Below, in pieces: positions 36,546-47,764 of a DNA stretch of 64,000 bases; positions within the stretch are counted from its first letter, which is position 1; every line of letters begins with the position of its first letter. This DNA is from Emiliania huxleyi CCMP1516 (taxonomy: Eukaryota), in NCBI RefSeq assembly GCF_000372725.1, contig NW_005202428.1, positions 1,287,331 through 1,351,330 on the forward strand, written 5' to 3'. The notes under the pieces were generated by a model, which was given only the letters and a program-made list of their open reading frames with translations, was not told the origin of the DNA and ran no database searches. The translations under genes were made by a program, and so were the position numbers.

Positions 36546-37668
36546 TAGACACACGCGAGTACAGCGCACCCTTCTTCCTCGCGCGATCGTTATCTCTCCT
36601 GTCGCTTCTGCCAACAATATAAACAATTCCTATCTCTCCCCGTAGAGCTGTCAAACGTTAAGAGCTGAACAGTGTTGCTAGTGTCAATACAGTAACAACA
36701 GAACAACAGTTGGGCTCCAACAACAGTAGCTAACGTTAGGCCAGCTGAACAACAATAAGGAAGGCCTACCAGTGACCCACGACGATCTCCAGCGTCCAGT
36801 GCGGGTAATACCCGAAAATACCTGGAAAACAGATATACTCCTTTACCGCGTGTGTGGCACAGCCACAGGCAGAGACCAGAGACTCCAAGTGATGATGTAG
36901 CCCGACATGCACAGGCCACAGCACCGCAGCGATGAACTGAGACTATGGACGGAGCTGTCAGCTTTGCCGGACGGAGCTGTCAGCGATGCCGCAGCCGCCT
37001 GCCGCTCCTGGGGACGGTGCCTCACAAAAGAATTTTAACAAAACAACTCTCTCTCACAGCAGACAGGCTCGACATAGGTGCGAACTGGCGCAAAAGAATT
37101 TCACAAAAGAATTTTACAACAAAACTCCCTCCCACGACAGTCAGAGTCACCGAGCCTGACTGTTGTTCATCTTTCTACATACATACATACGACACTGGGC
37201 ACGGGACTGGCGTGCACTGGCACTAACACAGGTACACCACGGACGAGTCCTCTTTCTTTCGGGACTGGCGCGCGCCATGAAGAATTCCAGGGTCAAACAA
37301 ACAGGGGGACGGCTAGCAACACACTCCTTCCTGTCTGTGAAATCCCTGTGTTGGATGGGTTTGAGCTGCCGGGGGAGCGAGATTGAGGTCTCGTGAGATT
37401 ATTCAGATGTGAGAGATTGAGAGTTTTCGATCTGACGGAGGCCTCGGGAGGTCTGAGTACTGAGATTTGAGGGGCGGAAAGTGCGGCCGCCTACAAATAT
37501 CAGAACCCACATCGCGACTTCATACAGCCGCGCTCTCTCACAGTCTCACTCACAAACGACAAACGTGACATGTGCGTCTCCTATCGCTATCGGCACGGTA
37601 CCACTGTACGACTCTCGCCCGCAGCGCCGCGCTCTCACCCGCCTCACGCAAAGCTCTCGCCTCGCGGC

Positions 37669-39728
37669 TTAGACCGCCGCCTCGCCGTCGTCGAGTGCGG
37701 CCTGAGTCTCCTTGCCAGCAGCCTCACCAGCGTTCGCCGCCTCCTCGGGCGAGCTGCCGGCGATGAAGGCCTCGCCGGCGGCCTCGCCCGCGGCTTCGGC
37801 TGCCACGGGCGACAAGCCACCGTCGAGCGCCCTCTGGGCCGCCTTGGCCGCCGCCTCGCGCTCCTTGGCCTGAAGAGTGTGCAGCAGCTTGAGCCGGTTC
37901 ACGGGATTCATCTCTCCCTTCGACCTGTGCAGGGTCCAAGCGCCGCGCTTGAAGAGCGTCCCCACCGTGCACTTGCCGAGCGTGTGGCACTCGTACGACG
38001 CGCACGTATTCCACACCACAACCTCGAACCCCAACGCCGGAGGTTTGCTGTTCTCGTACTCCTCGCAGATGAAGCGGAGGTACTCGAGAACGTCGTCCAC
38101 CACCTTGGTCGTCCACTTCTTGCGGGTGCGGGCTTGCTGGCTCCGCTGGCGCAGGCTGACGACGAGCTCGCTCGTCTCGTTGACAACAAGCTTGCCGTTG
38201 TGTTTCATGCTGTGCAGGAAGACGGACTCGAACCTGGGCATGCCCTCGGGCGGGTCGCGGCTGTTATCGCGAACGGCTTCGAACCAGTAGAACGCCTCCA
38301 TCTGCGCCTCCTGTGGCAGACCAAGCTCGTCTAGCATGTATTGCACATTGAGAGCGCCAAGATTCTTGGTTTGGTGGCGCCTTTTGATCTGCTCCACGAA
38401 GCAGCCAGTCGTGTCTTTGAGCTCACTTGTCTTGTCTCTGAGCAGCAGCTCGTCGACGAGCGTGGTCACGTCCTCCACCGGCCGATACCTCTGGAAGGTC
38501 TCCAGCTGTTCCTCATGGTACTCCGTCGACTCCTGCTCCTTCTCCTTCTGGAGCGTGGCCACCTTGTCCTCGTATGCCGCCTCCATCTGCTTCTGTCGCT
38601 CGCGGTCCTCCCGCTGCTGCCTCGCCGCCTCCGCGCGCACCTTCTCGATGGCCTCCTGCTTCTCCTTGGTGTACCCCTCCGCCACGTCCTTCACGATCGC
38701 CCGCATCTGCTCCTTGCGGGCGCGCTCCTTCTGCTCCATCCCCGCGCTCAGCAGGTCGAGCTCCTGCTTCAAGTCCTTTGCCTCCTTCTCTTTGAGCCGC
38801 GCCTTCTCGGCCAGCAGCTGCTGCTGCACGGCCAGACTCTGCTCCACCCCCTCCTTCTCGGCGGCAAACTCGCTCCGCAGCTGCTCCATGCGACGCTCGT
38901 GCGCGCCGTTCTGCTGCCGCAGCTGCTCCCGCACCGCCTCGAGCTCGCGCGCCATCGCCTCCCGCGCCTGCGCTCGATCGCCTCCCTAGCCAGCACGGAG
39001 GGGCGTGAGCGCAGCCCGTGTGGCGTCGAAGTGGGAGCGTGCGCGCGGGCGGCGGTGCGTGGGTCTCACCGCTCGGCGTACTGGTCCTTGAGCAGCTGCG
39101 CGTTGGCCGCCTCCTCCTCGCGCAGCTTCCTCTCCTTCTCCGCCTCCTGCACCGAGCGCAGCAGGAGCCGGGCCTGCTCCTCCCTCTGCATCCTCTTCGC
39201 CTCCGCCACCTCCTGCTCGAGCTCGTTCTTCCGCCGGAAGACCACCACCGTGCGGAACAGCTTCTTCTTCGCCCACTGCTCGTTCTTCCACCGCCCGTTG
39301 TACACGTGCTCCTGCACCCACTCCGACTTGATCAGCGCCTTCTCCTTCGCCGCCGCCTCCTCGGTCTTGCCCTCCCCGCGCAGGCGCACCACCTCGTCCC
39401 GGTCCATGCCGCACGTATCGAGGAAAGCCTTCGCCCTCTCCCAGCCGGAGTGGTCCTTCTCGAAGACGAGGACGGCCCGCCCCGTAAAGGGCCCCAGGTA
39501 GATCGGGTGCGCGTCCTTGACGCCTTGCTTCCCGAAGCTCTGCAGCAGCAGGTTCGACGAGTTGAGCTCCCCCGGCAGGCCGCTGATATGCAGCAGCGGC
39601 GGCCAGGGAACGGTGGCGTCGAACGCATGCGCGTCCACCTTTGCGCCGAACCGCTGCACCGGCGCATCGTGGCGCTCACGCATGATGCGCGCCAGCATAA
39701 TGTGGCCGTCCCGCGCGCGCTTGGAGAA

Positions 39729-39789
<61 letters not shown>

Positions 39790-40304
39790 TCCGAGACGCG
39801 CTGCTGCTTGTTCGTCACGCCGCCCACCTTGTCGGCGTGCTGCTGGAGCGCGCCCCAGTTTTTGCACGGCTGGGATCTGCAAGGCGCGTGCCCTTCCATG
39901 CACCTCTGCGCGTTCGAGGGGTGCTCGGGCCAGCCGAGTGCCTTGGCCATCGGCTGGTACCGCTTGCCCAGATACTCCTCGAGCTTTGGGAGGCCTCGCG
40001 CTGTGAGCGGGCACAGGATCGGCTGCTGTCGCTGCCGGCTCTGCGAACTCGCGGCGACATACTTGCAAAGGGCAGGCTTGAGCGTCTCGAACGGGTTGGG
40101 GTCCTCCCCGTCAGACGCGCCCGGAGAGTAGCAGCCGTCGTCCGACCCATCGGGCTGCTGCGCTGCCGCCGGTGGCTCTTCCCAGCGACTGCCGCTACTC
40201 CCGCCGCCACTGCCGCGGCCGCCGCCTCCGCCACTGCCGCGGTCGCCGCCTCCACCGCCGCCGCCATCGCCCCAGCCGCCGCGGCCACCACCACTACTGC
40301 CCCA

Positions 40305-40336
<32 letters not shown>

Positions 40337-40556
40337 TGCTGCCGCTGCCGCGGTCGCCAACACTACTGCCCCAGCCGCCGCCACCGTTGGAGCGGTAGCC
40401 GTCACGATTGGCGTAGTGCGAACGGCTGACGCCATCAAAGCCAGTGTGTCGGGGCCGACTGCTGCTGCGATACCGCTCATCGCGATACCTGTCGCGATAC
40501 CGATCGCCGTGGCCCCCGTACAGATGGCCCTCTCGCTCGCGCGAACGCTTCGTCAT
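37669..40556 (-). CDS. IDN2/FDM/SGS3-like protein: Gly-rich N-terminus, zf-XS-like, XS domain, coiled coil, XH-like domain
   Basis: ALQQHA...HIMLAR (zf-XS-like); VPWPPLLHISG...FTGRAVLVFEKDHSGWERAKAF (XS); long coiled coil; KNLGALN...W...VVNETSELVVSLR...EEYENS...VVVWN (XH-like); intron ~38987-39069 with a possible 1-bp frame problem just downstream. Confidence 0.65.
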
Positions 40557-41233
40557 GCTGAGGACACTCAACAGAAAAGAATTTACACAGGGGCACACAG
40601 CCCCTTCCCCTCCCCCCTCAAGGGCGAGGACACGCACAGGCCGCACCTCTAGTGAGGCCCGCATAGTATGTGGGAGACTCGTGCCGCCGCCCCTGCCACC
40701 CCTGTGTCAGTGTGCCTGTGGTAGGAGAGACTGCCAGCGACAAGCTGGAGGCAGGTCGCTAGACTGAGATGAGACCGCCAGTGGATGTGGGAGTCCACCG
40801 CGCACCGCGCTGCGAGCCTGTCGTGTCCCTTGTCAGGAGCAGGAGAGCCCCACCTGTCCCCCTGATCGCGTTCTTCCAAAATCCTGCTCGTGCAGGTGTG
40901 GGGACCCTGTCCTCGTCCCATCCCTCGTTTGGCGTGTCTGTTTTCTTTCTTTCTTTCTTTCTTTCTTTACACAGCCACTCTCTCTCACAGAAGACAACCA
41001 AAAGAGTTGTCCAGAGAGTATTTTGTAGTGTGTTGTGCCCACGATCAGAAACAAAGTTGAAGAGCGGAGACCCCCCCCAGACCCCACTCTAGCCGGTGGA
41101 CCCCCGGGATCGCCCCGGTCGGGCCCATATCTTCTTCCCACTCTCCCCCTGCCCCCCAATCTGCAATCCGACCGCCCTCTGGCGGCGTGAAAACTGTGGG
41201 ACATCCGCTCCAACAAGAAATCTGTAGCGGGAC

Positions 41234-44200
41234 TCACCTGGGCCCACGCGGCCGCCCGTCGCGCCCTCGCGCATTCTCGCGGCGCTGCGCGTCGCGAGGT
41301 CTGCCACGCTCGTCGGGGGGGCGATGGCGCTTATGCCGGTCCTCCTGCCCGTGCTCCCGCCGCTCCCGCCCGCGCTCCTCACCCGAGCCCTTGTGGTGAC
41401 CGGGCGCGCCATCTCGCGGCCGCTTGGGCCGGTCGCCGCGCGCCGGCTCCGCCTCGCCGCCCCGCTCGTCGACACTGACGAGCAGCCGCGAGCCTGCGGG
41501 GCGTCGGTGGGGCGCGGGCAGGGCGCAAGTGGCGTCAGTGGAGGCGCGGGCGGCGGGCGCGAGCGGTGCGGGCGCGGGCGCGCGCCGTGCGTCTCGAGCC
41601 TCAGCGACGGCAGGACCGAGAGGAGGTCGTGCAGGTTTGCAAAGGCCGTGCGCACGCCAGTCGAGAGCGGCGCCAAAGTGGCCCNNNNNNNNNNNNNNNN
41701 NNNNNNNNNNNNNNNNNNNNNNNNNNNNNNNNNNNNNNNNNNNNNNNNNNNNNNNNNNNNNNNNNNNNNNNNNNNNNNNNNNNNNNNNNNNNNNNNNNNN
41801 NNNNNNNNNNNNNNNNNNNNNNNNNNNNNNNNNNNNNNNNNNNNNNNNNNNNNNNNNNNNNNNNNNNNNNNNNNNNNNNNNNNNNNNNNNNNNNNNNNNN
41901 NNNNNNNNNNNNNNNNNNNNNNNNNNNNNNNNNNNNNNNNNNNNNNNNNNNNNNNNNNNNNNNNNNNNNNNNNNNNNNNNNNNNNNNNNNNNNNNNNNNN
42001 NNNNNNNNNNNNNNNNNNNNNNNNNNNNNNNNNNNNNNNNNNNNNNNNNNNNNNNNNNNNNNNNNNNNNNNNNNNNNNNNNNNNNNNNNNNNNNNNNNNN
42101 NNNNNGGGGGCGCTGGGAGGCCACAGAAGGGCGGCGCTGCGGGCAAGGCGTCAAGGGCCCCCGGCGCGGGACAGCGCCGCGCGGGACAGTGCCGCGCCAA
42201 GGTGGCCGGCGCTGGGCGGCGGCGCGCCTCGGCGAGCGCGGCGGCGTCGAGGGCGTCGCGCCCGGTCGTGTCGCAGTCGACCCGCAGGAAGAGGTTGCGC
42301 CTAGGAAGGGTCCGGGACGGCTCATGGACGGTTCTGCCTCGCGGTGCCGCAGGAAGAGGTTGCGCCTAGGAAGGGTCCGGGACGGCTCATGGAAGGTTCT
42401 GCCTCGCGGTGCCGCAGGAAGAGGTTGCGCCTAGGAAGGGTCCGGGACGGCTCATGGACGGTTCTGCCTCGCGGTGCCGCAGGAAGAGGTTGCGCCTAGG
42501 AAGGGTCCGGGACGGCTCATGGAAGGTTCTGCCTCGCGGTGCCGCAGGAAGAGGTTGCGCCTAGGAAGGGTCCGGGAAGGCTCATGGACGGTTCTGCCTC
42601 GCGGTGCCGCAGGAAGAGGTTGCGCCTAGGAAGGGTCCGGGACGGCTCATGGAAGGTTCTGCCTCGCGGTGCCGCAGGAAGAGGTTGCGCCTAGGAAGGG
42701 TCCGGGACGGCTCATGGAAGGTTCTGCCTCGCGGTGCCGCAGGAAGAGGTTGCGCCTAGGAAGGGTCCGGGACGGCTCATGGAAGGTTCTGCCTCGCGGT
42801 GCCGCAGGAAGAGGTTGCGCCTAGGAAGGGTCCGGGAAGGCTCATGGAAGGTTCTGCCTCGCGGTGCCGCAGGAAGAGGTTGCGCCTAGGAAGGGTCCGG
42901 GACGGCTCATGGAAGGTTCTGCCTCGCGGTGCCGCAGGAAGAGGTTGCGCCTAGGAAGGGTCCGGGAAGGCTCATGGAAGGTTCTGCCTCGCGGTGCCGC
43001 AGGAAGAGGTTGCGCCTAGGAAGGGTCCGGGAAGGCTCATGGAAGGTTCTGCCTCGCGGTGCCGCAGGAAGAGGTTGCGCCTAGGAAGGGTCCGGGAAGG
43101 CTCATGGAAGGTTCTGCCTCGCGGTGCCGCAGGAAGAGGTTGCGCCTAGGAAGGGTCCGGGAAGGCTCATGGAAGGTTCTGCCTCGCGGTGCCGCAGGGA
43201 GAGGTTGCGCCTAGGAAGGGTCCGGGAAGGCTCATGGACGGTTCTGCCTCGCGGTGCCGCAGGGAGAGGTTGCGCCTAGGAAGGGTCCGGGAAGGCTCAT
43301 GGAAGGTTCTGCCTCGCGGTGCCGCAGGAAGAGGTTGCGCCTAGGAAGGGTCCGGGAAGGCTCATGGACGGTTCTGCCTCGCGGTGCCGCAGGGAGAGGT
43401 TGCGCCTAGGAAGGGTCCGGGAAGGCTCATGGAAGGTTCTGCCTCGCGGTGCCGCAGGAAGAGGTTGCGCCTAGGAAGGGTCCGGGAAGGCTCATGGAAG
43501 GTTCTGCCTCGCGGTGCCGCAGGGAGAGGTTGCGCCTAGGAAGGGTCCGGGACGGCTCATGGAAGGTTCTGCCTCGCGGTGCCGCAGGGAGAGGTTGCGC
43601 CTAGGAAGGGTCCGGGACGGCTCATGGAAGGTTCTGCCTCGCGGTGCCGCAGGGAGAGGTTGCGCCTAGGAAGGGTCCGGGAAGGCTCATGGAAAGTTCT
43701 GCCTCGCGGTGCCGCAGGAAGAGGTTGCGCCTAGGAAGGGTCCGGGACGGCTCATGGACGGTTCTGCCTCGCGGTGCCGCAGGAAGAGGTTGCGCCTAGG
43801 AAGGGTCCGGGAAGGCTCATGGACGGTTCTGCCTCGCGGTGCCGCGAGGAAGAGGTTGCGCCTAGGAAGGGTCCGGGACGGCTCATGGAAGGTTCTGCCT
43901 CGCGGTGCCGCAGGAAGAGGTTGCGCCTAGGAAGGGTCCGGGACGGCTCATGGAAGGTTCTGCCTCGCGGTGCCGCAGGAAGAGGTTGCGCCTAGGAAGG
44001 GTCCGGGACGGCTCATGGAAGGTTCTGCCTCGCGGTGCCGCAGGGAGAGGTTGCGCCTAGGAAGGGTCCGGGAAGGCTCATGGAAGGTTCTGCCTCGCGG
44101 TGCCGCAGGAAGAGGTTGCGCCTAGGAAGGGTCCGGGACGGCTCATGGAAGGTTCTGCCTCGCGGTGCCGCAGGAAGAGGTTGCGCCTAGGAAGGGTCCG

Positions 44201-47200
44201 GGAAGGCTCATGGACGGTTCTGCCTCGCGGTGCCGCAGGAAGAGGTTGCGCCTAGGAAGGGTCCGGGACGGCTCATGGAAGGTTCTGCCTCGCGGTGCCG
44301 CAGGGAGAGGTTGCGCCTAGGAAGGGTCCGGGAAGGCTCATGGAAGGTTCTGCCTCGCGGTGCCGCAGGAAGAGGTTGCGCCTAGGAAGGGTCCGGGAAG
44401 GCTCATGGAAGGTTCTGCCTCGCGGTGCCGCAGGAAGAGGTTGCGCCTAGGAAGGGTCCGGGAAGGCTCATGGAAGGTTCTGCCTCGCGGTGCCGCAGGA
44501 AGAGGTTGCGCCTAGGAAGGGTCCGGGAAGGCTCATGGAAGGTTCTGCCTCGCGGTGCCGCAGGAAGAGGTTGCGCCTAGGAAGGGTCCGGGAAGGCTCA
44601 TGGAAGGTTCTGCCTCGCGGTGCCGCAGGGAGAGGTTGCGCCTAGGAAGGGTCCGGGAAGGCTCATGGAAGGTTCTGCCTCGCGGTGCCGCAGGGAGAGG
44701 TTGCGCCTAGGAAGGGTCCGGGACGGCTCATGGAAGGTTCTGCCTCGCGGTGCCGCAGGGAGAGGTTGCGCCTAGGAAGGGTCCGGGACGGCTCATGGAA
44801 GGTTCTGCCTCGCGGTGCCGCAGGGAGAGGTTGCGCCTAGGAAGGGTCCGGGAAGGCTCATGGAAAGTTCTGCCTCGCGGTGCCGCAGGAAGAGGTTGCG
44901 CCTAGGAAGGGTCCGGGACGGCTCATGGACGGTTCTGCCTCGCGGTGCCGCAGGAAGAGGTTGCGCCTAGGAAGGGTCCGGGAAGGCTCATGGACGGTTC
45001 TGCCTCGCGGTGCCGCAGGAAGAGGTTGCGCCTAGGAAGGGTCCGGGAAGGCTCATGGAAGGTTCTGCCTCGCGGTGCCGCAGGAAGAGGTTGCGCCTAG
45101 GAAGGGTCCGGGAAGGCTCATGGAAGGTTCTGCCTCGCGGTGCCGCAGGAAGAGGTTGCGCCTAGGAAGGGTCCGGGACGGCTCATGGAAGGTTCTGCCT
45201 CGCGGTGCCGCAGGAAGAGGTTGCGCCTAGGAAGGGTCCGGGACGGCTCATGGACGGTTCTGCCTCGCGGTGCCGCAGGAAGAGGTTGCGCCTAGGAAGG
45301 GTCCGGGAAGGCTCATGGACGGTTCTGCCTCGCGGTGCCGCAGAAAGAGGTTGCGCCTAGGAAGGGTCCGGGAAGGCTCATGGACGGTTCTGCCTCGCGG
45401 TGCCGCAGGGAGAGGTTGCGCCTAGGAAGGGTCCGGGAAGGCTCATGGAAGGTTCTGCCTCGCGGTGCCGCAGGGAGAGGTTGCGCCTAGGAAGGGTCCG
45501 GGAAGGCTCATGGAAGGTTCTGCCTCGCGGTGCCGCAGGGAGAGGTTGCGCCTAGGAAGGGTCCGGGAAGGCTCATGGAAGGTTCTGCCTCGCGGTGCCG
45601 CAGGAAGAGGTTGCGCCTAGGAAGGGTCCGGGAAGGCTCATGGAAGGTTCTGCCTCGCGGTGCCGCAGGAAGAGGTTGCGCCCGTCGAGCGACGAGTGGT
45701 GGTGCTTCTCCACCATCGCCTCTGCGGCGGACGGGTCCCGCAGCACCACCATCGCGAACCCCATCGGGCGGCCGCTGCCGTCGACGGGGACCTGCCGCGG
45801 AGGAGGCGGTGGCAGGGGGCGGGGCGGGTGGGGCGGGGTGGGGGTGGGTGGGTGGGGGGGGGGGCACTGCTACAGCTGGCCGAGGGAGCGGGGCCCCGTG
45901 GTGGCCAAGAGAGCGGGGGCCAAGTGCGGCATGGGCCGCAGAGGCCGCGCGCCTGCGCCGCCCCTTCGGTCATCCGCAAGTGCTCCGCGAGGGCCTGCCA
46001 CGTGGTTGTGGGCGCCAGGTTGCTCACGTAGACGGTCGTGCTGCCCGCCGCCTGCACGAGCGCAGTGTCGTCCCGCGCGATCACGCGGGAGCCGCGCAGC
46101 TCCGCGCCGCCCGCAAACGCCCTCAGAGCGGCGGCCGCTGCCTCTGTTGTGGGGAGCTCGACGACGCCAAAGCCGCGCGGACGGCCGCGAGCGTCGAGCG
46201 GCGTCACCACCTGTCGGGACGAGGGCCGCGCCGAGGTAGGCAAGGGCGGGAGGGGCGGGGCGGTGGCGGCGGACGTGCTCCCTGGGTGGCGTGTTAGGGG
46301 GCGCGTGGTGGGAGGGTGGGCGGGCGGGTGGGGGGGCTGCATTGGGGATGGAGCGAGGGGACGGTTGGCAGCGGAGCGGCGGTTGGCGGCGGGCGCCGCC
46401 GCCGACCCTCTCTCTCTCCCCTCCTCCCTACCCCCAGGGGAAGCACGCACGTGCAGGAGCGGGCCGCTCTTGGCCTCGGTGAAGAAGTGGCCGAGCTCGC
46501 GCCACGTCACTTCGGGAGGCAGGTTGCCGACGTAGATGCGCCGGCCGGGCAGGTACCCGTTCCGCACCGGCTCCTCCCCCACCCCCACGGGAGATGTCTC
46601 CGCCTTGACTCGCGCCGGCCCCGCGGCCGCTGCTCCCCGCGCGGAGGCGCCGCCTCCGTGCGAGGGCGCGAGCGGCGTGCCCGAGGGCGGCTCGGGCTTG
46701 GCGCCGCCCGTCTTGCGGCCGGGCGAGAGGGCGGCCAGCGCGGACGGGTTGAGTAGCGTCACCTCGGACGCCCACAGCCGGTCCGCCCGCTCGGGGTTTG
46801 GCGCGAGCACAAACTCAACGCGCTCGCCGAGCGGCGGCAGCTGGTGCGCGCCGAGTATCTCAGAGACCTTGAGGAAGAGGCGCGAGCCGGCGACCGCGCG
46901 AAAGGCCTCGTCGGGCTCGATCTGCCCCGCCACCGCAGACGCGCGGTCGGCGATGCGGCCCGCCATACGCCGAAGCAGCTGCACGCTCTCCACCTCGCCG
47001 CCGCGCTCGTCCCAGATGGCGACGATGCAGCGGTCGCCGACCTCCATGCGCACCGCGTCGCCGGAGAGGCGCTTCGGCTTCATCGACGGCGCCACCGCCC
47101 ACTGCCACAGCAGCGAGTGGCTCAGCTCGAGCTCACGCGGCGGGTCGGAGAGCAGCTCGACGGAGTAGACGCCGCCGTCGGCACTGAGGCACTTGCCCAT

Positions 47201-47257
47201 GTACTCGCTTGGACCCTCGCTCCGCTTGCCGTCCGCGACGACGGCCTTGTGGGACAT
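41234..47257 (-). CDS. Multi-exon RNA-binding protein with two RRMs, interrupted by the 65-bp array and an assembly gap
   Basis: RIYVGNLPPEVTW...RGFGVVEL; TVYVSNLAPTTTW...MGFAMVVL...LDGRNLFLRVD; Arg/Asp/Glu-rich tail at 41234-41490 (linkage across the gap is inferred). Confidence 0.75.
42283..45681. repeat. 65-bp tandem array, 52 units plus one extra 18-mer, inside the RRM gene
   Basis: Unit CGCAGG(A/G)AGAGGTTGCGCCTAGGAAGGGTCCGGGA(C/A)GGCTCATGGA(A/C)GGTTCTGCCTCGCGGTGC; 3399 bp = 52x65 + 18 + one inserted base. Confidence 0.97.
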
Positions 47258-47764
47258 CGGTCGGCAGGGGAGGTGCGCGCCAGTGGAGGCAGGCCCTCGG
47301 CCCTCTTGTTAAAAAGAATTTTCTGCGCGAAAGAATTTCTTTGGCTGTTTTATTTCTTTCTTTCTGAGACGAGCTGAACACACGTTGAAGCACAACCTGA
47401 CGCGCACGAATGGGGGGCTGGACGAATAGGGACTGAGACGCAAGAGACTAGTCGCGACACACGGCAAGCCTGAGAAAGAGGGGTCACTGGACTCTAGAGT
47501 CACGCCACCTCACACCTTGTAGGTCTGGGCCACGATACTCGCCTCGGCGGCCTCGCCCTCGGCGGCCACGAGCGGAGTGCGGTCCGGCGGGCGGAGGAGC
47601 AGCGCCGCGTCGGCGCCTAAGCCTCACAACGGTGGCGGGTGCGAGACGGGGCGGGGTGTGCTCTCGGAGCCAGGACGCGGCGCCTCCGCTGTCCAGGCAG
47701 CAGCAGCAGCAGCAGCAGCGGAGCTCGGATCGGCGCCTGTCAGGAGTGCGAGGCCGGAAGAGGC

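Noticed and set aside
42283..45681. CRISPR-like array
   Set aside because: Units are contiguous near-identical 65-mers with no unique spacers, there are no cas genes, and the context is a eukaryotic gene.
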